DNA of 64,000 nucleotides from Eledone cirrhosa (Eukaryota): NCBI GenBank assembly GCA_964016885.1, contig OZ024758.1, positions 30,318,001 to 30,382,000 of the forward strand, read 5' to 3'. Shown piece by piece: positions 23,007 to 40,167 of this stretch (position 1 is its first letter; each line of letters starts with the position of its first letter). The notes under the pieces were generated by a model. It saw only the letters and a program-made list of their open reading frames with translations, ran no database searches and was not told where the DNA came from. The position numbers and the translations under genes were made by a program.

Positions 23007-23368
23007 GATACACAGTTAACAAAATCAAATAAGCAATAATGTATAGGTGTAAAAGTTTAAAATAAAAATTCAAAGGCAATGATTTGATTTTTCAGAATTG
23101 CTTTTTATTTTTCTTTTGCAACTAATGTTGGTATAGTTCACATACATAAATATATATATTTTACATTTATTATAGTAATACAAACATATGAGGGAGCATA
23201 TAGTTATGTCACTCTCATACCATATAGCCATTTTAGTCATACAAGTTCTAGTCTAGTTCTCTATGTATATAACATGTAGACTCAGTTTTAGATAGACTTT
23301 TTCTCAATTACACTTAATCTCTTTCACACATTTTCTCCTTTTATATTTTCATTCTCCTTTCTTCTATG

Positions 23369-25685
<2,317 letters not shown>

Positions 25686-25958
25686 TGTATAGGCATACAG
25701 TGAAAAAACAAAATAAAATTGATTGAAGCCGAGAGAGGAGTGTGAGAGATATTTGAGTTTCCTAGAAATCAGTAAATATAAGGTAAATCATTGGTTCATA
25801 TCTTGTTATAAGCGTATTGTTCTTTGAAGATGTTTAGATAATACATTGGTTATTTAAGCCATTCAGTGGTAAATGCTTTGCTGTCCTCTTGTATGTCTTT
25901 TTATCTCAAATTGTCTCGAGTTGCTGAAACACAGTTTATGCTTTTTATGTTTATTCAC

Positions 25959-26363
25959 TTACCCCTTTAGCATTTAAATTGGCTCTATCTGGCCATAACT
26001 CTGTCATCTCTGTCTGTTTAAACCAGCTGTAACTAGATTAAGGTATTGTAGATTCAATATTATGTGAGATAATTATGTAAGATAAAGCTTTTACCATGAT
26101 AATACAATAGTAAATATAGATTAATGTAAATGTTATGTGAGATAATTATGCAAGATAAAGCTTTTACCATGAAAATACAATAGTAAATATAGATTAATGT
26201 AAATGTTATGTGAGATAATTATGCAAGATAAAGCTTTTACCATGAAAATACAATAGTAAATATAGATTAATGTAAATGTTATGTGAGATAATTATGCAAG
26301 ATAAAGCTTTTACCATGAAAATACAATAGTAAATATAGATTAATGTAAATGCTAAAGGATTAA
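25959..26363. mobile_element. piggyBac-like MITE with an internal ~73 bp unit x4
   Basis: ccctttagcatt ... aatgctaaagga-ttaa; unit ttatgtgagataattatgcaagataaagcttttaccatg... Confidence 0.75.
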
Positions 26364-27657
26364 CCCCTTTAGTTATGTTTTGAGAATTCATTTAATATGA
26401 GATTTCAGTTACGTGAGATCATCCAACATGATTTTGATTTGAGGTACAATGCCTTTGAAAACAAAATATATATAAACTTTACAACCCCACATCTTTCCCA
26501 CAACTACATTGCTAATTTCATTCCTAATCTTTTCTTTTCTTTGTGTTTTTCATTTTGAGTTCAATACCTAGAAGAATTTCACCAGAGGCCAAGTGAATAG
26601 CTTGATAATCTTCCAACCAATGGACACCAATGCTTGTATTCTACCATTTGTATCTGGGTATATATAATGGAATTATTGCTAGTTAATGTAAGGCCACAAT
26701 TATTACAAGATGTTAACCTGCTTCATAAAGTCAATAGAATGCCCAACAAATGGAAAAATGTTTCAATTATTAAAACATCACATTGCCTGTGTGTAAGTGT
26801 GTGAGTGTGAGTGTGTGTATGTGTGTGAGTGAGTGTTAGTGTGAGTGTGTGAGTGTGTGTGTATGTGTGCGTGCATAAGCGTGTTTTATGTGCAATTATG
26901 TATGTACAAAAATAACTAATACCCTACACTGTCAAAAGTCAGTCACGGGCCCAACAAACTATGCTAGACCACCTGACAATGGGCTTGTCATTAATGGCAT
27001 GTGTATGGGTGTCACAAAAAACTCTAAAGTGTGTTTTGAGCCCAGAGACTGATAAGGCCAGTGCTTATTCTGGTTTTCATGGTGTTAAATGACTGAAATT
27101 ACAAAACTTCCCTGGACAGTCCATCTCAGGGTAGCGCCCCAGCTATTGCTGTACTCATTTTTAGCTAAGTATACTGGAGAAATGTGAAATGAAGTGTTTT
27201 GTTCAAGAACACAACACACAATCCAGTCCAGGAATCGAACCCATAATATTGTGATTGTAAGTCCAACACCCTTACCACTAAGCCATGCACACTGTGTTCA
27301 TGTAAAATAAATTTTTTTCTGAAACCAGGCATAGACATTCACCTACTGAATATTTATCTGTGAAATAGGTGAGAGGCTTATGGAGATTTCAGAAAGAATG
27401 GAATACCAAATGAAACCAAATATGAGTTGATTCCAGTCTAGTAAGAGGGTCTGTGGTTCTTTGTCAATCCCAGATAAGTATTTACATGGATAGAAACTTT
27501 AAAGGTAGATATGGGGTTCGTGTCCTTTCAGTGGCTTGTTTTGTTTTTTTTAGTTATCTAGAATCAGTGTTGATTAATGTTTTATATATTTACTATTTTA
27601 TAACTCGGCTAATTATATATATATATACATATATATATATGTATATATATATATATT

Positions 27658-28013
27658 AGAGAGTTAAACAAGATTCAATGAGTACATCAAAGAATGAGTT
27701 TTACAGTAGATTGGAAGCACTCTACAAAAAAATTATTTTCCAGAGTTATTAATATTGCAGTACAAATATTAATAAAATAGATGTTCTTTTGATCATTTAA
27801 ATTTTATTATACATATTACAGAGGTACAACAGTACGTCCTCATCAGACAAAATATAACTACCTTGATTAAATCTTAACCATTTAACATCTCAGGGTATGT
27901 CATGTATCATTATATTTTGTCTGATGAGGACGTACTGTTGTACCTCTGAAATATGTATAATAAAATTTAAATGATCAAAAGAACATCTATTTTATTAATA
28001 TTTGTACTGCAAT
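27658..28013. mobile_element. PLE remnant family C: inverted arms plus extension
   Basis: 27752-27856 inverted versus 27911-28014; homolog at 57963-58155. Confidence 0.75.
27914..27966 (+). ncRNA. Type I hammerhead (family C); mirror copy has GAAA mutated to GTAA
   Basis: attttgt-CTGATGA-ggaCgtactgttgtacCtct-GAAA-tatgtaTA-ataaaat. Confidence 0.8.
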
Positions 28014-28246
28014 ATATATATATATATATTTATTTTATTGTAGAAATGACTTCCACTAGACTAGAACTGTTTCAGGAAAGTCCTGATGATTTCTCTTGTA
28101 GGAGAAATTTCTATTATAAAATAAAGATGCCCATACTCTATTAACATATTGAGTATCTTTTTAAAATGTGGTCACCGTCTGTTATACATCAGGGATCCAC
28201 CTATTATATATATTTATATATATATTTGTGTGTGTGACTGTGTTGT

Positions 28247-28290
<44 letters not shown>

Positions 28291-28449
28291 TAAGGATACT
28301 ATTTATGGTTATGTATATACTAAAACTTTTTATAGTTATATATATTTTAAACCCTAAACAGTGAAAGACAGTAATTTATTACTACCTTATTACCAGTAAG
28401 ATAAATAGCTCAATGTAATAACATCAGTTGCTCTACAGAGCAGTTATAT

Positions 28450-29125
<676 letters not shown>

Positions 29126-29362
29126 CAGTGGCGAAGGCTAACCTGGAAAGCAGGGCATGCAGTCCAATCGCCATGGTGGGAAGTGGGGCTGTGCAGCCTT
29201 ACCCCCCCCCCCCAATTCCCTCTAAATCACCCTCCCAGTCAAAGCCACATGTAGTGTTGTCTAGTGTGTGTGTGTGTGTGTGTGTGTGTTATCTTTTTAT
29301 GTGTCTACGATTTAGTAAGCAGCCAAAATTCTGCATGCCTCAAAGCTGTCGTGTGTTTGTGC

Positions 29363-29411
<49 letters not shown>

Positions 29412-29759
29412 TGTGTATGTGTGTTATCTTTTTATGTGTCCACGATTTAGTAAGCAGTCAAAATTCTGCTTGCTTCAACCGACGCAATTGATCAACTCAA
29501 GATTCTATAATGCATGCACTGCATGTGTTGCATGCACGGACCCTTCGTCCCTGATACATATATTTATTTATTTATTTGTGTGTTGTACACACATATATAT
29601 GTATATATATATATAAATATATATACATATATATATATATACTCTCTTCCTCTCTCTCTCTCTCTCTCTCTAGTTTATTTGTTCCAATGTACATTTGAAT
29701 GGAGAATGGAAAGTAATTATATATAGAACGAAAGTAAATAAACACAAGTATATGTGACA

Positions 29760-30548
29760 CTAGCTACACACACACACATCCAACTTACACACACACACTC
29801 TAACTACACACACACACACACACACACAATAGCTACACACACACACATCCAACTTACACACACACACTCTAACTACACACACACACACACACAATAGCTA
29901 CACACACACACATCCAACTTACACACACACACACTCTAGCTACACACACACACACAATAGCTACACACACATCCAACTTACACACACACACACAATAGCT
30001 ACACACACATCCAACTTACACACATACACAATAGCTACACACAAACACATCCAGCTTACACACACACAATAGCTACACACACACATCCAACTTACACACA
30101 CACTAGCTACACACACACAATAGCTACACACACACACATCGAACTTACACACACAATAGCTACACACACATCCAACTTACACACACACACACAATAACTA
30201 CACACACACCCAACTTACACACACACACATACAGCTTACACACACACAATAGCTACACACACATCCAACTTACACACACACAATAGCTACACACACATCC
30301 AACTTACACACACACACAATAGCTACACACACATCCAACTTACACACACACACACCCAATAGCTACACACACATCCAACTTACACACACACACACAATAG
30401 CTACACACACATCCAACTTACACACACACACAATAGCTACACACACATTCAACTTACACACACACACACACACAATAGCTACACACACATCCAACTTACA
30501 CACACACACACAATAGCTACACACACATCCAACTTACACACACACACA
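29760..30548. repeat. Compound minisatellite aatagct(ac)n-atccaactt(ac)n
   Basis: Two fixed spacers alternate between variable (AC)n runs. Confidence 0.93.
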
Positions 30549-30701
30549 TACAGACATAGAACTATGTACATAGGTGTGAAATGTCTAGTAACTGATAATT
30601 GTTTCTTCTTTAGGCACAAGGCCAGCAATTACCCAGTGTATAATGTTAATTAAATCTATGCAATGACTATCATTTTATTTATTCTCACTCTCCCACCTCT
30701 C

Positions 30702-30750
<49 letters not shown>

Positions 30751-30789
30751 TCAATATATATATATAGACTTCATACACACAAACAGATA

Positions 30790-30802
30790 TATTTATATAA
30801 TG

Positions 30803-30856
<54 letters not shown>

Positions 30857-30921
30857 GCACATATATATATATATAATGCATATATATATGTATATATATA
30901 TATATATATTGCATGCATATA

Positions 30922-30972
<51 letters not shown>

Positions 30973-30990
30973 CATGCATATATATATATG

Positions 30991-31045
<55 letters not shown>

Positions 31046-31050
31046 CATGC

Positions 31051-31100
<50 letters not shown>

Positions 31101-31135
31101 CATGCATATATATATATAAATATATATATATTGCA

Positions 31136-31179
<44 letters not shown>

Positions 31180-31287
31180 GATATATATATATATATAATG
31201 CACATATATATAATATATATATATATAAGGCATGGATATATATATATATATATATAATGCACATATATATAATATATATATATATAA

Positions 31288-31330
<43 letters not shown>

Positions 31331-31445
31331 CATGCATATATATATATATAACACAGATGTATATATAATGCATATATATTGCATGAATATATATATATAT
31401 AACACAGATATATAATGCATATATATAAGGCATATATATATATAA

Positions 31446-31482
<37 letters not shown>

Positions 31483-31495
31483 CATATATATATAT

Positions 31496-31542
<47 letters not shown>

Positions 31543-31667
31543 CATATATATATATATAAGGCATATATATATATAATGCATATATATATAAGGCATATAT
31601 ATATATAATGCATATATATATATAATGCATATATATATATATATAATGCATATATATATATATATAA

Positions 31668-31737
<70 letters not shown>

Positions 31738-31806
31738 GCATATATATATATTTATATGCACACACATTTATACATTTACATTTATTTTTATATTTATATA
31801 TTTATG

Positions 31807-31871
<65 letters not shown>

Positions 31872-31960
31872 TATATATATATACAGACGACATATATTTA
31901 TGTATATACATATGCATGAATATATATATATATATATATAAAATAAATGTATCTTATATA

Positions 31961-32001
<41 letters not shown>

Positions 32002-32902
32002 TAAATGTATATTTATATATATATATCTATATATATCTATATATCTATATATAACTATATATATATCTATATATGCACACTTACACACATGCACACACAT
32101 ATGTATACTCAGTTAACCCAGAATGTTCCTTTTTTAAAAAAATTCATGCACTCATGATAAATGAACACAATTTGAAAAATTACGCAAATGTATATTTATA
32201 CACCCAAATTGCTGTGCAGTTCCACCACCACCTCCACCATCAATACTATTACTACCCTGATAATAATAATAATGATAATCATCATCATCATCATCATCAA
32301 AGTCACAAGTGGTTTTATGCTTTCATTAAATTATGTGTAAGACACACTTGTATATATATATATATATATATTTATGTATATATGTATATATATTTATGTA
32401 TATATATTTATGTATATATGTATATATATATTTATGTATATATATTTATGTATATATATGTATATATATATTTATGTATATATATTTATGTATATATATT
32501 TATGTATATATGTATAAATATTATGTATATATTTATGTATATATATATTATATATTTATATATATATATTTTATATTTATATATATATATTATGTATATA
32601 TATATTTATGTATATATATATTTATATATGTATTTATGTATATATATATTTATATATGTATTTATGTATATATATATTTATATATGTATTTATGTATATA
32701 TATATTTATATATGTATTTATGTATATATATATTTATGTATATATGTATTTATGTATATATATATATTTATGTATATATATATTTATGTATATATATATT
32801 CATGTATATATATATTCATGTATATATATATTTATGTATATATATATATATATTTATGTATATATATATAAATATATTTATGTATATATATATATATATA
32901 TT

Positions 32903-32935
<33 letters not shown>
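30790..32935. repeat. Degenerate (TA)n tracts with atgcat/ttgcatgc and tttatg interruptions
   Basis: Direct inspection; short unique island at 32075-32350. Confidence 0.9.
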
Positions 32936-32938
<3 letters not shown>

Positions 32939-33086
32939 AACGAGTAGGACTAGAATTAGCCATCGAAACGGCTTGAGCTCAGCCGTCGGGGTCCTACTCG
33001 TTCCTATTACCCACTCTACTACCCTAAGTATTGAGTACTTTGGTGCGTTATGGTCCACCTGGTTCCTTACCACATTTCCTTCGTTA
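32935..33086 (+). mobile_element. (TA)n-flanked PLE-like family E (other copies 49515-49760, 54083-54385, 54712-54830, 58716-58915, 60457-60665, 62065-62198)
   Basis: Shared tagccgtcgaaacggcttgagctc.gccgtcggggtc...cactctactaccctaagtattgagtac...ccttcgtta, usually with a short inverted arm. Confidence 0.75.
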
Positions 33087-33118
33087 TATATATATATATA
33101 TATTTATGTATATATATT

Positions 33119-33154
<36 letters not shown>

Positions 33155-33214
33155 TATATATATATAAATATATATATACATAAATATATATATATATAAA
33201 TATATATATATATA

Positions 33215-33274
<60 letters not shown>

Positions 33275-33357
33275 AATATATATATATATAAATATATAAA
33301 TATATAAATATATATATATATAAATATATATATATATAAATATATATATATATAAAT

Positions 33358-33412
<55 letters not shown>

Positions 33413-33415
<3 letters not shown>

Positions 33416-33866
33416 ACAGGGGGGAAGAAAAAATGGCTTCACTTGTGCTTTCAACAAATTTATTTTCTTCACAAAATCCAAAAAGAATTTTTTTCCGGAT
33501 TAGAAAAAATCTTTTCTTAAAAAAAAAAAAAATATCTTATAAATTAAGTTGTTGGTTGTTGGTTAGGTCTTAGGAGTTCTTGGTTAACGTAGGAGGTATA
33601 TAGAACAACACACCACATACACATCAGTTTGACAAGCGCACCTCAGCGTGAAAGGTCTTTCTAAAAACGAAACAATACCCCCTACGTTAACCAAGAACTC
33701 CTAAGACCTAACCAACAACCAACAACTTAATTTATAAGAAATTTTTTTTTTTTTTTTTTTAAGAAAAGATTTTTTCTAATCCGGAAAAAAATTCTTTTTG
33801 GATTTTGTGAAGAAAATAAATTTGTTGAAAGCACAAGTGAAGCCATTTTTTCTTCCCCCCTGTCTT
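33413..33866. mobile_element. (TA)n-flanked inverted-arm element (~180 bp arms), PLE-like
   Basis: 33413-33592 is the reverse complement of 33682-33866. Confidence 0.65.
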
Positions 33867-33901
33867 AATATACCTAACTGTACCAAGGATTACACACATT
33901 T

Positions 33902-33964
<63 letters not shown>

Positions 33965-34344
33965 ACGAGATTACTCTCTTTATTGTATAAATAGACTTCC
34001 CATGTGGTTTCTTTTTCTTCCATTCCATTGTGGATTGGGAAGTTCAGTTGCTAGCTTATGTCCCCAGTAGAAAGTCAGGCAATTGTGTGATCATATGAAG
34101 TCGCCTTAAACTGTTCTGAATTGATGAGTGTATGTGAGGGTGTGTTAGTGTGTGTTAGTGTGTGTGTTAGTGTGAGTTAGTGTGAGTTAGTGTGTGGGTA
34201 GTTATGTCTGGCAGATTATGATATATGACAGTGACTCTTCTAATGTCTGTCTTTAATTCTCTTCAGTGAGTATTACCTGCTGATGATATTGTAATGAAGA
34301 GTGGAAAGAGCTGTAATGCACTATGTATAAGGACTTGTCCATGC

Positions 34345-34378
34345 ATGTATATACACATACACACACATATACACACAC

Positions 34379-34427
<49 letters not shown>

Positions 34428-34741
34428 TGTGTATGTATGTATATGTATAAGTATATATACATATGTTTGTGTATGTATGTATATGTATAAGTATATATAC
34501 ATATGTATATGTGTGTATGTTTATGTATATATGTATATATATGTATATGTATGTATATCCATGCATGTATATACATATACACACATACATATATACATAT
34601 ATATATATATATGTTTGTGTATGTATGTATATGTATAAGTATATATACATATGTTTGTGTATGTATGTATATGTATAAGTATATATACATATGTATATGT
34701 GTGTATGTGTATGTATGTATAAATGTATATGTATATATATG

Positions 34742-34837
<96 letters not shown>

Positions 34838-34838
34838 C

Positions 34839-34876
<38 letters not shown>

Positions 34877-34903
34877 GTATATATATATATATATATATAT
34901 ACA
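34345..34903. repeat. Degenerate (TA)/(TG) tract
   Basis: Direct inspection. Confidence 0.93.
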
Positions 34904-35134
34904 TTTTGAGTATATGTTGGTTGTTTACCGACACCTCAGTATGCAGATTGGAGCACTCGACGAAGTACGCAGGTTGGTTTCTTTACTCCGGATTAATGTA
35001 AAATAATTAAGTCAAATATGATTCCAGTTCCTCAGAAGAATAAAAACACAACCAGGAGCTGGACATATCGATGTATTGACGGAGTAAAACACACTTCAAC
35101 AACATGTGTACCTGTCCTTCCCACACCAATTCGG

Positions 35135-35189
35135 ACTGCCTGAAGAGGTCACAACCAATGATGGCTGTCACCGAAATATATATAACAGT
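35135..35189 (+). ncRNA. Type I hammerhead (family H)
   Basis: actgc-CTGAAGA-ggtCacaaccaatgatggctgtCacc-GAAA-tatataTA-acagt; first stem I pair mismatched. Confidence 0.72.
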
Positions 35190-35240
35190 ATATCTATAAG
35201 TTATAATAAAGAAGCCAAATTTTACATATTTGACTTAATT

Positions 35241-35282
<42 letters not shown>

Positions 35283-35374
35283 CATGTGTGCATTTATGTA
35301 TATATATGTGTGTATGTGTGTGTGTGTGTGTGTGTGTATTGTACGTGCCAATATGAAGGACATCCACATTATTG

Positions 35375-35650
35375 TCAAGGGGTGCTTGTTACTGCATGGC
35401 CGTAACGATCAACACATAATGTGCTACCAATGTCTAGATTGTATTGACATGTGTTGTAACCGAGATTGAAATTCATTGAACAACTGTTTCCCATACCACA
35501 AGCTCTTTTGTGGCATGGTGGATCTGGCAAGCAGACACCATGCTGGCAACTTCCATCTGGACAACCGAAATGGCAATGTATTTTGGGGTAGCATATCCGA
35601 TGGTAGGCACAATACTCGTGGGGACAGCAGCCTTCTGCACATGTCCGATA
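35375..35650 (-). CDS. Probable terminal exon of a small cysteine-rich (likely secreted) protein, 91 aa, 14 Cys
   Basis: Strong acceptor ttttctttcttttcag then YRTCAEGCCPHEYCAYHRICYPKIHCHFGCPDGSCQHGVCLPDPPCHKRAC...; non-repetitive, higher GC, repeated 4-Cys modules, TGA stop. Confidence 0.7.
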   Translation of the reverse strand, partial: YRTCAEGCCPHEYCAYHRICYPKIHCHFGCPDGSCQHGVCLPDPPCHKRACGMGNSCSMNFNLGYNTCQYNLDIGSTLCVDRYGHAVTSTP

Positions 35651-36211
35651 CTGAAAAGAAAGAAAACACTTTATGAAGCTTTTAGTTACAGCAAGGACAC
35701 ATTTCGAGAAAAAGAAATGCATAAATGTAAAATGAAGATGATACAATAGACAAATGAAGATATTACAATAGACAAAACCGATTTAGTGTTGTTGGCAGCT
35801 GTCATAATTACTATAGACTAGCAGAAAAATCATCCTTCGGGTGGTTTTCTGCTAGCATGTGTAGTGTGTATATTGATATTATACACAAATATATATGCAT
35901 GTAAATAAAATCGTAATTGACAATATATAATACACAGAAATTGAACGAAGACTGTGTTACACTGTCTTATGTAATCAGTAACGTAATCCATGATACATTT
36001 AAAAAGACGATATTATATATAAACTGCATTAGGAGAAAATTAGCGACGGAAATATATACGATTATAAGTGTTATAATATAACGGCCGCTAACCGGAAGTG
36101 TTGACATTTGACAATTTTAAAGAAGTGAATTTTAAATAAGCTATAAAATATATTTAATCAACAACCACGAAATTTAGCACATAAATTATGTAATATTCAT
36201 TCATTATTTAT

Positions 36212-36730
36212 TGTTACTTTGCCTTTCATCCTTACGGGGTAGATAAAATAAAGTACCAGTAATGCACTGGGTAATTGCTGGCCTTGTGCCTAAAGTAGAA
36301 ACAATTATTTATTCAAAGGTTTTAATATATTTTATCGACCCTTACGGGGTCGATAAAATAAAGTACCAGTAATACACTGGGTAATTGCTGGCCTTGTGCC
36401 GAAAGTAGAAACAATTATTTATTCAAAGGTTTAGGGCGGTGGATTGGCAGTATCGGGAGAGGGTCGGACGCCATGCTTTCCAGCATAGTTACGTCCCTTT
36501 ACGATCTGAGTTCAAATCCCGCCGAGGTTGACTTTACCTTTCATCCTTACGGGGTCGATAAAATAAAGTACCAGTAATGCACTGGGTAATTGCTGGCCTT
36601 GTGCCTAAAGTAGAAACAATTATTTATTCAAAGGTTAACTTTGCCTTTCATCCTTACGGGGTCGATAAAATAAAGTACCAGTAATACACTGGGGTAATTG
36701 CTGGCCTTGTGCCAATAGTAGAAACAATTC
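36212..36730 (+). mobile_element. Tandem cluster of four Meta-SINE pieces (one full-length, 36433-36621)
   Basis: Repeated core/tail, each followed by attatttattcaaag. Confidence 0.88.
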
Positions 36731-37493
36731 TTTATTCAAAGTAATACAACTTATTTTACAAACAGGGTAAAAAAATATATTCTGGACGCAATCCCGCACT
36801 CCTTACTTTATTATAGTTAAGATGTCACTATAACCCTTTTCTTCCAGCTGTAGGCTAAAGGCAAGCTTTCGTTAAACTTCCGTTCCAACGTTCTATTAAA
36901 TCAAAGTCAACTTGGAAAAAGAAAACAGATTTTTGGTTGACACCAAGGAAATCAATAATTTATTCAAAAGGTTATTCGGGATTCCCTCTAATAATATCTC
37001 CGGAAAAAGTCTCGAATATCACAAATTGCACCTTTCCAGTTGCCCGCTAATTATTAGATTGCATACCTATGCAAGGGGAGTATTTTTCGTTAAAGGTAAT
37101 TGATTTTATGTTTGAAAATACAGTTGTTTAAATGACTTTGAAATATTTGGAAGTTGAAATAGTTGTACTAGAATGTTCTATGATTGGACAATGAGAGGAG
37201 CTGGGTGGGAATGATGAGGGGAGGAAACTTGGGTGAGATCGAAAAAGAAAACTTATGTGGTCGATTCTTAGCATGTTGACGACGATAATATGCAATAATT
37301 CCCGAGATTCATTAAAGACCATTCATAGCTTAATATGAAATTAGCATGTACCACCACGTTCTAGTGAAACAACACTAATAAAGTATTGTTGTTAGAGGTG
37401 GTACTGTTATAGTTATTCTCGTTAATATAGCGGTTGAGTGCTAAGTTGTAAGTCTTGTTTATGATTTTGCTGTAAACTTTTTGCAGTAGATAT

Positions 37494-37532
<39 letters not shown>

Positions 37533-37537
<5 letters not shown>

Positions 37538-37783
37538 CACAGAAAAAAGAGAATCAGTGTTGCGACGAAAGGAATTTATTGGACATATTACAATTGTTTC
37601 TCGGGCGACCAGCTCGAGGCACGATCGATGTGGTGATCAAACCTCAATTATAATATGTCCAATACATTCCTTTCGTCGCAACACTGATTCTCTTTTTTCT
37701 GTGATATCATACTCTGCTCTATGAGGGCATCGAGTGCTCAAACGGCCTACCGCATACGGACGCTATAAGCATCCAACACCAAT
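37533..37783. mobile_element. Inverted-arm PLE remnant with partial hammerhead (GAAA-caattgTA on minus) and 3' bulged hairpin
   Basis: 37536-37595 inverted versus 37646-37705; hairpin at 37711-37735. Confidence 0.6.
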
Positions 37784-38685
37784 TATATATATATATATAT
37801 TGTTCTCCTCCCCATTCTTTGGTTTCAAATATAGTCTCTCTGTTATTATACATCATGTGTTTGGTCTGCTTTGTCTCATTCCATCTCTTGCTTACTGAGA
37901 TATCACTTTGTTTGGTCTGCTTTGTCAGCGTGCAGTGTCTATGGTCAAAATATTTATATTTAAACATCTTAGTCGACATAACTTGTTAATGGGTGTCACA
38001 AAGAGAAATGGTTCACACTGAAAGCAGCAGGAACACTGTGTTTTTCGCGAGTGTTCCGGGAGCCTACAGAGGGCTTAGAAGTTCAATTGTGCGCTGGAGT
38101 AATGATTGGTTATCCAAAACAACGAGTTTCTATTTTCACTTCTATGTCTCCATTGTTTTGAATCGAATAAATGACCACGATGATCCACCATATTTCGGCA
38201 TCAGAAATGACGAATTAAATATATGACTCCTGTGAAGCCACAGATGACCGCCCATCAAATAAGGGTGTATCTGTTATTAATATATTTTCGTTCATTATTC
38301 ACCCCAACCACGACCAACATATCTTACATATTCAACATATCGATAATATGTATGTATTGACCCCTAACGCCCGATGAAATTGTAGGGAGGCTGTCGTGAT
38401 ATATGGCGTGCCTTGGGCACTTTAAACTTGGCGGAGTCCATCCCCCTCTCCAGATCAGGACACAGTCAATTCCTCCACAGAGAATTGACTTCAGTGTACA
38501 GGAGCGGAACATTTTTATTAACTTCGAAAGGATGAAAGGCAAAGTTAATCTCGACGGGATTTGAACTCAGAGAGCTGAGAGAGGGATGGAACGAATACCG
38601 TAAAACGTTCCATCCAACATTTTAATGACCCCCCCCCATCCCACCTAGATAGTGTTCAAGCATCGCTATTTTTCTTCCGTCTTAC

Positions 38686-38739
38686 TTGCGTGCAGGATTT
38701 AATGGAGGGGCCCTGCAGCTTGTGGGACATCAGCGACAG
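38686..38739 (-). CDS. Probable 54-nt internal exon (LSLMSHKLQGPSIKSCTQ) upstream of the Cys-rich exon
   Basis: ttgctacag acceptor and gtaaga donor; only phase 0 is open, matching the phase-0 acceptor at 35650. Confidence 0.45.
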
Positions 38740-39994
38740 CTGTAGCAATTTATTTGTGCCCTTAGCTGGGATTTTTAGTTTTAGGATGGTTAGAATATTT
38801 GAATTTAGTACCTGTATGTATCACTTTTCAATTCCAATTACTTGCGCCAAGCTAACTTTGATATGTAAAATGGGGAGGGGGGGGGGGTTGCTGTGTATTC
38901 TAATTTTTGGTGTATGAGCCCTCCCTCCTCCCCAAACCTGAATACCCATTTTCACAAGAGAAGACATCTCTTACCCGTCCGACGGTGAGATTTGACAGGT
39001 CTGATGATATGGCCCTGAAGGTCTAAACCCAACCCTGTGCCCACTCCGATATACCAGAAACTGATAAAAGTAAGAAATTCATTTTTTATTTATTAAATAT
39101 TATGAAGAAGAATTTGTTTTACTCTTTACCTTGTTTAGCAAATTATTGTTTTATTAAGTACGAAATCACGCTCAGTTGAATATGTGTGTGTGTATTAGTG
39201 CGTGTGTGTGTATTAGTGCGTGTGTGTATGTATTAGTATGTGTGTGAGTATGGGTTATTAAAAGAACCGAAATCACGTACGAGAACAATAAATGTTATAA
39301 AATTACATTCATATACATAGACACATTGTAAAGCAATGTTCTCCAGATTTTGGTAGTTGATAGCGTAAAATACACTGAAGTACTAACCACGTATAGACTG
39401 AAAAAAATCTTTTGTTCAAACTTTAACATTTGACTAACATTGTGTGCATATATTCTTCTGAATATATAACAAAATTAGAGGGAGGGGTGCATATAGAATT
39501 TGTTTCTTGTCTCAATAATTTGTTTTTCATACAATCTTCTTGTCAAGATTTTTTTTTCATTAAATATAATCGATAGCTCCATTTATTATTTTATCCATTT
39601 TTTTTTTTTTCAATGTTCCTTCTACAATCACTTTTCCATTACTTTCCTCAGCAATCTCTTCCATAATTCTCTTTACATACTGACATACTGCCCACTAACG
39701 TTTCTTTGATAAAATCTCACTAACTACATATCCACGTCTATAAACAGAAGTGTAACAAGTTAACTATTTGATCGAATCCAACTACAAGACTTGACATTTA
39801 TTTCTGTTAGTTTTTCAAGACGACCGAGTCTCTTGCTTTGCTCTACAACCTTTTAAAATAAAATAACTCTTCTTTTTCCCTTCTCGTAACTTAACTTAGT
39901 AATAAGTCTATTTCTCTAATTTCCCGGAAGGTTTTCTTTATTTGCATTCTGTTTATCTTTCTCTACGTTTTTTTTATTCCACTTATATTTAAAA

Positions 39995-40041
<47 letters not shown>

Positions 40042-40167
40042 TTGTATATACGTACATATACACATGTATGTATATATATATATATATATATATGAATGAA
40101 AAATGGCGTGCTGTGTTGTTGCAGTTGTGATATACAAATAAAAATGAAGAATTAGAAATAGAAGCCA

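Noticed and set aside
28060-28125. CTGATGA in family P (and CTGGTGA at ~60930 minus)
   Set aside because: Orientation differs between copies and the stems are incomplete
33800-33845. Hammerhead in the 33413 palindrome (gtgaaga...gaaagc)
   Set aside because: Core would need a G3-G8 pair and no UH site or stem I can be placed
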